The notes beneath the pieces were generated by a model, which worked only from the letters and a program-made list of their open reading frames with translations, was not told where the DNA came from and did no database searches. DNA of 64,000 nt. Origin: Podarcis tiliguerta. Its lineage: Eukaryota. A program made the translations under genes and the position numbers. Below are positions 1 to 14,135 of this stretch, piece after piece (position 1 is the first letter of the stretch; each line of letters starts with the position of its first letter). Location: NCBI GenBank assembly GCA_965153285.1, contig OZ229117.1; one strand, written 5' to 3'.

Positions 1-479
1 ACATTTAATATATAATTCGTTTTAACATTTCTAACCTCCTGCACTGAAAAATGCAATATGGGGTTTCATCAATCTGAAAAAGAGCCACTACCACACATAT
101 ATTATTTGGCAGAATTAAGGAGTAAAACCACCCCACGGGCAGCAGAATCTCATCTTAATCTGCTGACTAAGCCATGGCCATTAAAAGCAAACCCTCCCAT
201 ATTCAAAGGAGGCAATTTTTAGTGATGTTCTCTCCTTTAGCTGCTATAAGTGTTTCCCAGGTTTTATTGTAGATTTCTATGATTGTTAACAGAGAGGAAG
301 GGCAAAATAGATGTTTTGATAAATCTCTTCCACCATCCTGTTCTATTAGGGGCCAACCAGAGGCCCCAAAAGAGAAGCCCCCATGCAGGACTTAGGTGCA
401 AAAGCCAGCACTCTCCTCACCTGTGCTCGCTCGTGACTTGGATTCAAAGCCATACAGTGACCACTGACTTAATTAAAAT

Positions 480-780
480 AATCCTCTGCTAAAGCCATCC
501 AAGTTGGTGGCTATCACTACATCTTGTGGCAGTAAGTTCCATAGTTTAATTATTTCTTTTCGCCTGTCGTGAATCTTCCAACAGTCAGCTCCACTGGATG
601 GCTCTTCTTTGGTTCTACTATTATGAGGGAGGAAAAACCCCTCTCTCCACCCCATGCATACTTTTATACCCCTCTATAATTCCCCCCCTTACAATTTTTC
701 TACACTTAAAAAAGCCTGAAATGTTGCAGCTTTCCCTCACAAAGGAATTGAACCAGCCCCTGCACCTTCTCCAACACTAC
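480..780 (-). mobile_element. Degraded CR1-like LINE 3' fragment
   Basis: translates IKLWNLLPQDVVIATNLDGF. Confidence 0.7.
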
Positions 781-1631
781 AATGGCCTTGGGTTCTTCCT
801 AGTCCTACTCAAGAGTTGACCATTGAAGTTTATGGGCTTGGCCAATTTAGGGTCATTCATTTCAGTGGGTTTGCTCTGAGCCGGACTTAAGCTGGATCCA
901 ACCTCTTTTATAAACAACTAAATCGGCATTAACAAGGGTTCCCCCACCCAACACCACCACTTTCCAGTTTCAGCTCAAGATGGCGCATGCCATTTTCACC
1001 ATTCAAGTGGGTGATCTTGGGCCAGTTGTTCAATCTCAGCCTAACCCATCTCACAGGACTGCTGTGAGGATAAAATAGAGAGAACTATGTACACCACATG
1101 GAGGAAAGGTGAGATAAAAATGAAATAAACTACTCTATGGCCAAAGGCAGCAAATGATAAGCCCAGAAATTTGGCAAAAGCTTAGTGCAGTTTGGGGCAG
1201 ACCCATTGTAAAGAGGGGGCTGTATCCAATGCTATTCCCTCTCTTGAGCAGGCCCATTTATTCCATCCAGTCTGCTCTAATCTACTTTGAAACCATCTAT
1301 GACTTTTGTTAGCTGAACAGGAATCGCCAATTTCCCCTCTACTTCCAGAGTGCTTTAATTTTGCTGAAACTGCAAAAGCTGTGGGGAATCTTCCTCAACC
1401 CACCATACTTTCATGCAGAAATGCCACCTGCCTGCTTCATTAGCAAGGTTGGAGGAACTGGAAGATGAACTTAAAGTCCAGGATTGTGGGGACTGCACCA
1501 CCCCCATCATCCCTGACCTTTGAGCCTGCTGGGAGCTTGGAGTCTAGCAACATCACCTGTAAGGCTATTGGTTCCTCATCCCTGTTCAAACTCAAGGAGG
1601 ATCAATTCTGCCTGCTCCCAGCAAGATTTGT

Positions 1632-1883
1632 AAAGAAGAATAAGAGTTTGGATTTGATATCCCGCCTTTCACTCCCCTTCAGGAGTCTCAAAGCGGCTAA
1701 CATTCTCCTTTCCCTTCCTCCCCCACAACAAACACTCTGTGAGGTGAGTGGGGCTGAGAGACTTCAGAGAAGTGTGACTGGCCCAAGGTCACCCAGCAGC
1801 TGCATGTGGAGGAGCGGGGAAGCGAACCCGGTTCCCCAGATTACGTGACTACTGCTCTTAACCACTACACCACACTGGCTCTC
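1632..1883 (-). mobile_element. tRNA-derived CORE SINE (Squam3-like)
   Basis: head GAGAGCCAGTGTGGTGTAGTGGTTAAG (A box), B box GGTTCGCTTCC, CORE-like body, (CTT)n-like tail. Confidence 0.85.
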
Positions 1884-4800
1884 AAGGAAGCAGCTTTTAC
1901 CTTCATGGTAACAGAAAGCTGTAGTTAGTGAAGAATGTTAGGCAGGGTGAGATTCTTTTGGTGTGTACGCACATGCATAGAAGCCCATTGTTTATGACGG
2001 CTCTGTTGACATCAGTACTTTTCATAGAACCATTTTAAAAAGGACTCGAACCTTCCTGACCCAAAGCTGCTCTCTCTTTCTCTTTCAATACACACAGAAG
2101 TCATGGTTGCTAAGCTAAACCAAAACCCAGAAATGCAGGCTTTAAAGCCAGTTGGTATTAATAACTTTGGGGCTGCAATTTTGCATGTTCTGCTCACTTC
2201 TCTATCAATACTCCCATTTCTTCAGACCTGCTTCCTTCAGCTGTAAAATTCTAAAAACCAAACCGTAGAGCCGCAGGAGGCTGTGCCATTTTAACTGAAG
2301 CAAACTGTGCCACTTCTAAAACACCCAAACTGTTCAATAGCTCTAAGTGTTTGAATGTGGCTGTGGCTTAATTAAAATCCTTTCACAGCCAACGCCGCCA
2401 CCAGCAACTTCTATATTTTTTAGCTTCTTGCAATAAGGTGGCTGCCAGCCCCCAGGAGTTGAAAGGAGAAAATGATACAGAATGCTCTCTCTCACACACA
2501 ATGGACTTGGGTTGCCTGAAGGCAACAGTGTGAGAATCCCCAAGGAAGTGCTGTAGAAGACCTGTAGGTGCCAGCATAGTAAAATTAGCAAATGTCTGTG
2601 ACACTCTTTGCAAGGCAGCTGCCTGGGTCAGCTTGTAGGCCCTGCTGAAAGCCTGTGCACCTGTACCCCCGCTTTAAATTCCCTGACGCCACCCCAGGGC
2701 TTTGCAAGTCTTGGCCTGGAAATCTAACTTCTTTGGGCTTACTGCTTATGAGGGAGCAGAACCCCCTCCTCAAAATACACACAGTAGTTCCAAGTAAAAG
2801 CGTATTCATTTCTGACTGCAGGTCTTGTGCTTCTGTGGAATGGGTTAAGAACTAGGGCACACTGCTTCAGGTGTATGGTCAGAGACTGCTGGCAAAATGG
2901 GATGTTTGCCCATGATATCCAACCAGTGTTAATTATTTTCCAGATCCACAGATAGGAAATGAACGCCATACAGCATGCAGAAATAAAAAAGCAAGGGTAA
3001 CATATTCAGAGTAATGTTGGGCTCGAGTGCACCATCTCTTCCAAAAAGAAAAGAAAGAAGGAATATGTATCTTGGTTCTACTAGCATACAAAGGAAAAGT
3101 TCACACCCTGCAACTAACAACATGGTATAATTCTGTAGTCTCAAAATGTAGTGCAAAATGACATCTACCCTTCCAACATGGCACAAACAGTGTAGATAGT
3201 AGTCTGCTACACCTGTTCCCATTACCTCTGTGGTAGAAAAGTAAAAACAAAACCCACACATACAAAAAAAACCCCGCCGCCCTCCAATCATGACTACTAA
3301 CACTTTTGAGATTATATGATGGTTGCAAAGTTCTAAGCCTAGGACTCTCCAGCTAATTTACTTTTAGTCAGACTTTGAACTTAAACCTTTTGTTGCGGTT
3401 GCAAGCTTTCAACTGGCTGTTATTGCAACTGCTGATAGAGCTTCATAAAGGGACATTTCAACCCAAGTAATCTGAGTGAGGAAGTGACCAAGTTCCACGC
3501 AGCTTGCTTTACGATAGTGAACTGGGAGAAAGAACCTTATTCCAGGCCTTTTTGTTACTGGAGCCACCTCTGGACTACGACAACTAGGCACTCCTTTGAA
3601 TACTTAACAGGTTGAACAATTCCCTTTCAAAGGAAGCGAGTGTGGACCCACTTACTTATCTCCACTGACTTTGCCATAAGAACGCTGACCAATGCCAGGC
3701 AGGGACAAGGTTGTCAACCTTATTGGAATAAATAACATGCTAGCAGGACTGGCACCAGAGAAAACCAGGCCTTCATTTCTAACAATGCTGTGAAGAATAA
3801 CGGGGACCCTGCAAAGCTTCCAGTGAAAAAGACAAAAACTCCTTTTCTGTTACTACTAGTTTCAGCAGCAAACAATTTGAATCACACCCATTTTCCATAC
3901 AGAAGATGTAACAATGCTTCTTTGTGCCACTGCTGCAGTAGAATTTTCATCTTATGGAAAGGTGAGCGGCCTTGACCCGTCACTCCTTGGCTGAAGAAGG
4001 CAGGGTCAGGAGCAGAGCTCAGAGTTCCTGCACCGTTTAAAAAAAATAATTAAGAGGGGGGAAATACTGTACAGTGAGAAGAAGGCTTTTGAAATGCACC
4101 CCCTTGGCCTGACTTGCCTTGAAGCACGATCAGATTAAAGCCTGCTTCTGCAGAAGCCTCCCCAGCAATACTTAAAACAGTTTTCAGTTTCCGGTGATCA
4201 CATGTAAACACAGCAACCCAGTAACAAATGAAGTAAAACAAGGGTTATTTTGCATTTTCTTTTGGAATGACAAGGCGAGGCCATCCTAGACTTCCACAAA
4301 TTGCAAAAAGCAGCCTGAGGGGGGGCTCATTTAAGAGCAGATGAGCCATCACAGGGAGAGCCAGCAGCTGGTTATCTCAGGCGGCCAACAGAGATCAAAC
4401 TTATTCAGATGGAGAAGGTGCTTTACAGAGAACAATCTACAAATGGAAAAAGCTTCGTGGAGGTGTATTGGGATGTGCGGACATAGCACACCCCCCCCCA
4501 ACCGGATAAAATTGGCCAAGCAGAAATTCTGACACCGCGAACCATTAACCACATTATGTACACTCCTTTCGTCTCAAAGGGAGGGAAAGCAACACACTCC
4601 CTTAAGGGCAGGCGGGAGGTGTAAGAGATTTAATAAGCACCTTATTGGAGGATAATGCTCACAAGGAAGCTGCAGCCGTACTGACCCTTTCTGCACACTG
4701 TAAATCACCTGCAGCAGAGTGCAAAGGTTGGTGAACACACTTTGGCATGCCGCACAGAAAATCCATCCGTAACAAAACCTTTCCCAAAGAGTGACCCACC

Positions 4801-4989
4801 TCCTCTTTATTTACTCCTTTAACTTCCTCCCTCCCTGCTTGCCCAATAGATTTGGGCAAACAGGTCACGGGGGCAGTTCAGGTCAGGAATGTTAATGCCC
4901 CCCCCTCCGAGAGAGGCAGCATGCCATGGCTTGTGGGGGGGCCAGGCACCTTCAAAGCTGCCATCAAAAGAAGCCACTTTCTTGTGCTT

Positions 4990-5817
4990 TTAAACTTGCA
5001 AGGTTTGTCTTTATTTTGTTCTTTATATTTTGAAAGTGAAAAGAAATAGTATCGAGTCAATTTCTTTCTTTTTTTAAATATTTGTTCTATGTATTTACAA
5101 GCCTTAAAGTTGCTCTAAAGGTTCTGAAAGTATCACTAGTACTTTTTGCTGCTTCTTTTTTTCTTCTTCCTCCAGGATAGCACTATTTTGCTTTGAGCAA
5201 GTTATTTTTCCAAGCAGTCTGGTCCACAGCCGTTTTCTCAAACGTGGTTTTCCTTCAGCTCCAAGGTTATGCTTTGTTGCTTTTGATTTTTTTTAAATTG
5301 TGGAAAGCAAGCTGAGAGGCAGGCGGAAAAAAAAATGATGATTTTTTTCTTTTTTAAAAAAAGTTCATCTCCCTCATCCTAGTTCATTCCCAAACCCCTT
5401 TAGAATTTAATACACAGATACCGTGCTTTGAAACAAAACTGAGGTGGCTCTGAAAAGGGAGGGAAATTTATTTATCTGTTGTTTTTTTGTCTATTATACA
5501 ATTTGCTACAGAAACTGCAAATTTAAAAATTACACTGACATTTGCAGTTCTTAAAATAATAAATTAAAGTTCTCACTTTTTGTCTAAAGAGATTTGTTTC
5601 TTTTTAAAGTAGGAGTCCTTGTTTAAAAAGGAAAAATAAAAGATTAAAACAGAAAATATTTTTCTATAAATAGATGTATTTTGGTTTAGTGCTCCTGCCC
5701 TCAGGTTTGAAGTGGACTTGAATTTTCAAGTACTTTTTGTCCTCCATGATCGCCTTTGCGTTTATATCGGTTTTTTTTGTCTCCTCTCCCACTCGTGCAC
5801 ATGTGGGGGAAGGGGGG
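4990..5817 (-). other. EIF4G3: EIF4G3 3'UTR (proximal form; 3' end approximate)
   Basis: AU-rich, repeat-free sequence after the last exon; AATAAA at 5015-5010 and 5472-5467; Pumilio element TGTAAATA at 5099-5092. Confidence 0.75.
5010..5015 (-). terminator. Polyadenylation signal AATAAA
   Basis: TTTATT on + strand at the end of the AU-rich UTR block. Confidence 0.65.
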
Positions 5818-5962
5818 NNNNNNNNNNNNNNNNNNNNNNNNNNNNNNNNNNNNNNNNNNNNNNNNNNNNNNNNNNNNNNNNNNNNNNNNNNNNNNNNNNN
5901 NNNNNNNNNNNNNNNNNNNNNNNNNNNNNNNNNNNNNNNNNNNNNNNNNNNNNNNNNNNNNN
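5818..5962. other. Assembly gap (145 N) covering the EIF4G3 stop codon and start of the 3'UTR
   Basis: run of N. Confidence 0.99.
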
Positions 5963-6130
5963 ACTCCTCTTCGGCTTCTCGTAGCCACGTGAAGAATGCC
6001 GTGACCGATTTTAATGCTACGCCTTTCCCGTTCTGTTCCGCAGGGTCTTTGCTGCTTTCCCACTTGTAGAAGGCATCCTCTGATATCACCTCCTCATCAT
6101 ACAGGCAATCAAAAAACATCCGTAACAAAT
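5963..6130 (-). CDS. EIF4G3: EIF4G3 last coding exon [14 protein letters not shown]...[11 protein letters not shown] (stop hidden in N gap)
   Basis: cacag|ATTTG...; W2 AA-boxes; runs into N gap 5818-5962. Confidence 0.96.
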
Positions 6131-9100
6131 CTGTGGGGGAAGGAAAGGAAGAGGTGAACATTCCCCCCTGGACAGCAACCAAAGCAGACACGACTGGCTA
6201 GCAAGCTCAGTTCAAAATGTGAATTGCAACCCTCCACTTATATTTTATAAATTTACTCCGTCTGACCCTCTTTTAGTCCTTCCTCAATCAGGGAGCCAAT
6301 GAAACACAAATACAGTGGTGCCTCGCAAGACGAAAAGAATCCGTTCCGTGAGTCTCTTCGTCTTGCGGTTTTTTCGTCTTGCGAAGCAAGCCCATTAGCG
6401 GATTAGCGCTATTAGCAGTTTAAGGGCTATTAACGGCTATTAAAGGCTTAAGGGATTAGCGGATTAGCTGCTAAAAAGCTATTAGCAGCTTAGCGCTTTA
6501 GAAAAAGGGGTTGGGGAGCGAAAAAACCCCTAAAAAATCGCAAGGCATTTTCGTCTTGCGAAGCAAGCCCATAGAGAAATTCGTCCTGTGAAGCACCTCT
6601 GAAAACGGAAAACCCTTTCGTCTTGCGGGTTTTCCGTCTTGCGAGGCATTCGTCTTGCGGGGCACCACTGTATCATTGCTCTTCAGAGCTCAGAGGGCTC
6701 TCCCAGGTGAGAGGCCTTTCTAGGGCTCCACAGTGGGTAGGTTTTTGTTCAGATGGTGTGGCTAAGCTGAAGGAACATCCTGCATCAGGGCAGGTTTAGA
6801 ATCCAGGCTCCCAACACTGCAAAAAGCTTTCAGATAGATAGATAAATAAATAATATGTGGATGATATAAAACTGAGGAGAAATTGCTATATACTTGACAT
6901 TTCCTCCATTTCTCTCTCTTTTTTAAAATAATTATATTTTACTGATTTTCCATCAAAAGAAAATACAAATTACACCACATTACAACTTCTATAAATTTTT
7001 CCATTTTTAGACTTCCTTCAGCCTCTCTGCCAATCATCCAAATTATATCTTCTTTAATTACACATTTCTAAATTTTACTATTGCCTTTATGCCTACCCCC
7101 CACTTCTATTTTCCTTTTTTACAATATTTCTTATTCTGTTACAGAGCTTCTTTAAATGCCACTAACGTTATTTCATTATCACTTATCCTCCATTTCTCTG
7201 GATGACAAGGGTAATAGGACTGGAAACAGAGAAACTGGAAACAGAGGCCTGCCTTTTTTGGTTGCTGACTGGGAGCCACGTTCAAACTCAGGAGGATTTT
7301 CTGTGGCCCTTATTCATCCTGAACAAAAGCAAAATGATGCACCCCAAGAAAATCTAGTATAAATTGGCTTTGGGGTACCAGCAAACGGCCCTACGGCCAG
7401 TGACAGCACATCATGTTCCGTCCTATTTTACACAAGCCCAATTCAAGGGAACAAGGCCCAAAGACCACCCTGACCCTGAGTACACTTACTCGGAGGTTGA
7501 TCAAGTTTTACTATTGATGCTTGTAGTGCGTAAAGTGCTTGTAGTTCCTTCTCTGTGTCCGCGTCTAGGTACTTAAGTAAGATCGGCACTCTCTGCTTGA
7601 TAACAGCAGTGTCCACTCGCAAGCTAGAACTGTCCACTGGAAAAGAGAAGAGATTCAATGTCAGCATTTGGTTAAAAGCTGGCCAGGAAGGGAGGCAGGC
7701 AGGCAACTCTTATCTATCCTCTGTCTTCACAGACAAATCTCAATTCAAGGCAAAAGGGATAGCAGCAGCAGAAATTAAACATTCTTCAACGTCTGGACTG
7801 CTTATGCAATTGGAAAGGTTTACTGTATTTTTTGCACCATAACACTTTTTTCCTCCTAGAAAGTAAGGGGAAATGTCTGTGCGTGTTATGGAGGGAATGC
7901 CTACGGGTGGTGGTGGGGATCTGCTGCAGTCGTGAGCAGAGGATCCATGGTTCCCCTTCCTTCCCTCCTCTGTGCCTCGCTTTGAAACAGCAAAGCAGGA
8001 GAAGAGCCGCTGAGTGGGGAGGAGAGAGGTACAGAGAGCCTGCTTCTTTAAAGGAGCAAAGCGGGAGAGGAGAGGAGCCTTCTTCCCTTATACCCCTCTT
8101 CTTCATTATTAGCAGCATCCTTCTCCACACACCCCACGCGTGCTCCTTGTCCCTTGAGTGCTTTTCCTTCCCTCCCCACTTAAAACGTGGTTACAAAGCA
8201 CAGATCCACATGGATCCTCAGGATTTTTGCACTGGGTCACCCCAAATTCACCATCAGATCACATAGCATGTCCATGGCTACATCTTGCACCAAAAAAATC
8301 ACGCACCCACTGTTGCCTGGAGCCGCAGTGGTGCAAAAATGTGGTTACAAAGCATGGATCCACATGGATCCTCAGGATTTTTGCACTGGGCTACTCCAAA
8401 CTCACTGTCAGATCACATGTCTGTGGCCACAGCATGAACCACAAAAATCATACATCCACTTTTTCGTTTAGAATATTTTTTTCCTTGTTTTCCTCCTCTA
8501 AAAACTACGTGCGTGTTATGGTCGGGTGTGTGTTATAGAACGAAAAATACGGTATTTCACCAGCTCATCTTCCAAAAATTAGAAGCTTTGAAAGAAAGAG
8601 GCTGTGTCACGTCATCCTACCTCCTGCAATTTTAGGTACCAAAAATATAAAAGATGGAATACATCACTACCTGTATCTGGGATCTAAAAATATTTAGGCT
8701 TGACTCTCACTGGGTGGTACCCCTTCACACTACAGGAGTGGGGTTCACATTGTGGAATGCTCTTCCATATCCCTCCCCCCAATATCTCTGCACACAGAAA
8801 GCTAGCATGTCAGGACAGAAACCTGACACACTTGTTTTCTATATGCAGGGACTCATTAGCTGGTGTGTTAATGTTCTCCTCTCCCCTCACAGTTTTATTG
8901 AACTTCTGAAGTGGCTACAAGTATGGACTTTAGCCAACTAAATCCCCATTCAGCTACACCACAAAAGCACAAAAAAGGTTTAATGCACAGAAGCTGGAAG
9001 GCAAAAAGGCAACACTCTCACTGGCACCCCTGCCCCAAATCCATGGGGGCCACTGCTGGCTAGAATTCAAAGATCTCCTTACACACACCCTCAAAATGAA

Positions 9101-12100
9101 GAACTGCCATTGGAACAGTTATCACTTGATGTTTTCTAATGGAACAACTCAGGATATAAAACAACTGGTGGAAACGGTAATAAGGTAGGTGATTTCTCTT
9201 CTTCCAACCATAGTATGCTTCCAAATGATATGGATTGGATTCACAGAAAGAACGGATCTGGAGAATCCCAGAAATCCCTGGGATGGAAGACGCATTAACA
9301 TGACCTGTTCTGGTCGCTCGTTATCTGTGTCTCATCAGTGGGACATTTCATGCAGAGTGCATGCTTAAAAAGAGACTGTGGCAAAGAATTCAAATTCCAT
9401 GCAAAACAGAGGAAAGATATTGATGGCTTCATGTCTAAAACTTCTGGATGAACATTACTCACCTATAATAGCGGCTTTACAAACTGCTGTCATTAAAGCT
9501 CTAAGGAATGTAGGTGAACTCATCTGGCTCTCGTCTAGATTAGCCTGAAATCAAGAGTATTTGCAGAAGTCAAAAAAGCCCACGAGTTGCATCACAGCAC
9601 CTCGTCTGAAGAACTCGCTGATGAAGGAATCTTATAAGCTCACTGATTAAAGTGCTTCCTACCAGATCAGCTCACCCCAAAGTGCTCATGGGAGCAGGAA
9701 AATGGCTTATATTCTCTCCCCCAATTCTGCCTTCTACGGTGTTATTTATTCAGCAGGAAAAACAGTCTGTTGCTGGAGAGTCACATAAAAAAAGGCATTC
9801 TAGGATGGAACTCAGTGCTACAGATCAAAACCCTCTGGCATCTGTAAAAGCAATAATTTCTCTCTAGCCCTACAATGCAGCCCTCTAGGCGAGCAAAATT
9901 GTGTTCTGGTGACAAGCAGCAATCCCCAGGGGTGAAACCAGACTCTGGTGAAAGTGAGGGTCAGGAAAGCAGTGTGGAGACAGGTGAGGGCTGTGAAATG
10001 CTCCCAACCCCGTGATTCTGTAAGAACCAAGACTCTACTCCTGAGAGCTGCTCTTTCCAAGAGCCCAGGCTCCAGGAACTGTAACAGATGGGTTCAAATA
10101 ACTCTTAACTTATTAGTGTACGGGCATAGATGGACTTGGGCTTTGTACCTCTACCCAATCAAAGATCTGCTCATCATTCGCCTTGTCCTCGATAATGAGT
10201 TTCTCCAGCTGTTTGTTCAACTCTTCAGCAGAGAGCTCCTTCTTTGAAAGTGCTTCTGAGGAACTGGAACTATCAGTCTCTGTGAAGTCCAACTTCTGCA
10301 GTGTTACAAGAGAAAAGAGAATGGCTTTAGTTTGGCATGACATGCAGGGTTCCCCGCCCACACCAGTGAACACCCTGAAGTGGGGCTTAACCATCTATTC
10401 TTCCAAAGGGTTAAAGACCTTTTGCACTGGAGGCTGGTCCCATCTCAAGGGTCGGAAGGGACAACATAGCACCTAGTCAAACCTCCTCCCCCTATCAGAA
10501 GTGAACAGAGTGACCAAAAGGTCAGAGTGACCCTGCTCTGGCTCCCAACTCACCTGCTCCATGAGAAAGGTGTGGACATCTTCCTCTTCAGGTAAGAAGT
10601 CTTTCCAACTGAGGCCAGCCTCCCTCCATAAGGCTGCCACTTTCTTATGGCTCTAGAACACAGAAGGAATTTGAAAAATCAAAGAAAGGAGAGCAGCAAG
10701 ACCCAAAACAGCCACGGTGTTCAACGCAACCCCCAACCCCACCATGACAGTTCTTTTTTGGGGGTGAGGGGGAAACCTGGGTGAATGCAAAGTATCACAT
10801 TCAATATCCCAACTTTAGGATGTTCTTTTCCAACAGGAGGGTTCAATCCAATGCTGCTGTGGGGTCAACGGGATTCAGCAATCAGTGGGGCCTAGAAAGT
10901 GCCACCCTTTCTAGGGTAGGGGCCTGCTCAGGTTGGGACAGCAACTGGGAACATCTCTGAATTCGAAGCATCTTCTGAAGGAGGCTGTCCTTTGTGATTC
11001 CTGCTCCTGATCAACTAAAGGCAGCTTCAAAGCCTTTTCAGGCAAAAGCTGAATGCAACTCACTGACTTGGGAGTCTTGGGCAGGCTTCTTGACATTTTT
11101 CAATACACTACAGATTCCCTTTGCACACACACACATTCAGATCTGCAAGTGACCTAGAACACTTACCATTTGTTTGCATAGAAGGTGCAATATTTCGGAA
11201 AGCAAGATGCCGGCTCTTCCCACAGGGAGCAAGGGTTTGCTAAATTCTCTGCAACAGGAGAGAGCAAGAGAGCAGTGTAAGCTTTGCTACCTGACAGGCA
11301 ACTAGCACATGGTGAAAGGCCACCATGAAGGGGGGTGAGGGCTCTGGCCTTCACTAGGTTCTACTTCAATCTTCGACCACAGAAGCAACTCTTATTCTGG
11401 AGCTGGAGGGAGACCACAGCAGACAAGGTTTGAGAGGCAGGATATTTGGGGAGTTGCCACCCTCTGCTGGTTCAGCCCTTAAGGCAGGGGTGGCAAGCCT
11501 CTGGCCTGCTGGGAAACCTTATTTAGCCTGCCTGACTGTTTCTGGTAAACTGCACCCACCTGCCATCATATGAGACATCAGGTGTGGGACCAGGGCTAGT
11601 GTGGCTTAAAATGAGCTCTTAAGCGTTCCTTTGCTGGAGGTAAGGCATGTCCCCACTGTCCAACAGCTGAAGCAAACCTTGCTCCAGACTCATGATGGGT
11701 TTACACTGAAATCTCTGTGAAAGCCCCTGTTTTAGCTGAGGTCTGTGCAAATCCCTTCGTGATCTGGGAGTGTGCCTTCAAAAAGTAACATTGCCTGACG
11801 TCATTTTAACTGGTGGGCCCTGTACACGTGACAAATTAGGCCCATGAGGGGTTTAAATCTGGCTTAACCGGGGTGTGGAAATTCACTGCCCCAAGGCAAT
11901 AACAATACAGTTTGTAGCAAGCAACAGGTCTCTCGCATAGGTCACTGTTGTTGACTGTGGCTAGCTTGACCTTATCTATGCAAGGAGTTCCAAGGGCAGC
12001 CGGTGCAAGCATCACCCCACGGCTAACGGAGAAAGAGTGCCGCTTACGTCAGAAGTTCTCTCATAGAGATTCCTCCTTCTTTCAACATAGGCGTCACCAA

Positions 12101-14103
12101 CTCAGCCAGGTATAGCCATATGTGGGGTATATCGATGGCCATGTCGTCTGCCGTCTCCAAGGTGTCCGCAAACCTAAGGAGGGAAGCAGAGTTGCTCAAG
12201 GCGCATTCCATCTGGGAGGCAGCTGGTCACTCTCTGCATCCAGCCCAAATGTAACTGTTTGTAGTGAGCACCCATGAAAGAAAGAAAAAATACCCAGAGA
12301 TCTTGCTTCCTTCCCTGGCAGACTACCAACCCCTTGAAAAAGTCCTGCTTGCTGAGCTTCTCCGACTGCACCAGCTGATACAGCAACTGGCCCATGTGGT
12401 CTCTGGTGATCTGACTCCGCTCCAGGGTTGACTCCACGCCCACCTGCACAAACACAGGCAGCACTCCCGGGATGCTCAGCTCCTCCACGCACTGCATCGC
12501 TTCCTGTCCAGACAATACAAAAGGAGGTTTCTCTGTAGTCCGTGGGCTAAGAGACTTTCCTTGTGCAAAGCTCCTCAGCTGACCTTAATAAAGGTCCTTC
12601 TTGCTCTCTGCACTGATATCGTAAGATCAGCGTCCACAAAGCCAGACCTCGGAAAGGGTGGCTTTTAAACGCTTAAGCCCTCCGCCCCAAGAGAAAACTC
12701 CAATGCACGTCACGATGGGCCATTGCTCTCCTTACCTTATAATCGTTTATGTGCAAGAACTCGTCAATGATCGATTTGCACTTTCTCTCTATTTCCTCTT
12801 CTGACAATGCAGGTTTTTCTTGGGCTGGGGATGTGGAAATTTCAGGCTTGGCTGTTAAAACAGTTGAATGGGTAAGGGGAGAGGGAGAGAAAGAGGCAGG
12901 AAATGTAGAAGGCTTACTTCAATGCAATGCCAGAGAGGCATTTTTCCCATGCACAATGCCATTGTCATTACAGACAAGTCCTTAGGTTGTGTCCTGCCAT
13001 TCTTCGTAAGTCCTACATGCAGCTACACACTCTAGGATTTGTGGTGTAATTCATCCCAGAGAGAGATCTGCACAGAATACCTCGCTTTAGATCACCACCA
13101 TTTTGACTCAGAAGGGGCAACAAATGAACCTGGATGAAATAATGCTATGAGCTCAAGAGGGAATGGACATAAATTAAAGGTAAAGGTACCCCTGCCCGTA
13201 CGGGCCAGTCTTGACAGACTCTAGGGTTGTGCGCTCATCTCACTCTAGAGGCCGGGAGCCAGCGCTGTCTGCAGACACTTCCGGGTCACGTGGCCAGCGT
13301 GACGAAGCTGCTCTGGCGAGCCAGAGCCGCACACGGAAACGCCGTTTACCTTCCCGCTAGTAAGCGGTCCCTATTTATCTACTTGCACCTGAGGGTGCTT
13401 TCGAACTGCTAGGTTGGCAGGCGCTGGGACCGAGCAACGGGAGCGCACCCCACCACGGGGATTCGAACCGCCGACCATGCGATCGGCAAGTCCTAGGCGC
13501 TGAGGTTTTACTCACAGCGCCACCTGCAGGACATAAATTAGCACCAACCAAATCAGTCACAAAATGTTTCTGCTCATCCAGCAGGAAGGACAGCCCAGAG
13601 TTCAGATGCCCCAACGTGGAGGAGGAAGAGGAAAAGCTCACCAGTTTCCTTGGCCTTGCTCCTCTCTGCCTCTGTGCTGTTCCAGTCGCTCTCCAGCCCC
13701 CCTGTCAGCTGCTTCACAGTCTCCAGCATCTCCCGCCGCTGTTCTTCCTGAGCCTGGTTGTCCAAGAGCTGCTCCTTGCTGCTGCTGACCCGCAAGAAGG
13801 TGTTGGGTCGTGAGGCTGGAGAGGGGAGCAGCTTGTCGTTCTTCTCCCTGCCTGTGCTCCCCCGACTGTGGGAGCAAAGACATTTCTCAGGATAATTCCT
13901 TACTCACTCACTGCTTGAAAAAAAATTAACCCCCAACTCGGCTATGTGCCAATTAGCTTTCAAGTGATAGTAAACACAAGACATCAAGCGCTAAAAGCAG
14001 AAGAGTTTTATCGGAGAGGCAATTAAATTTCTGCTTTCCCTCCACATTTCATTACGTGGACAGAAGTCAGCTTAATCACATAGAACACTTCATTCAAGGC
14101 AAT

Positions 14104-14135
<32 letters not shown>

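Noticed and set aside
5664-6191. ORFs spanning the N run
   Set aside because: Artefacts of translating through the gap.
6390-6500. Short repeat arrays as CRISPR-like
   Set aside because: Eukaryotic DNA; the repeats are internal to a MITE and have no spacer structure.
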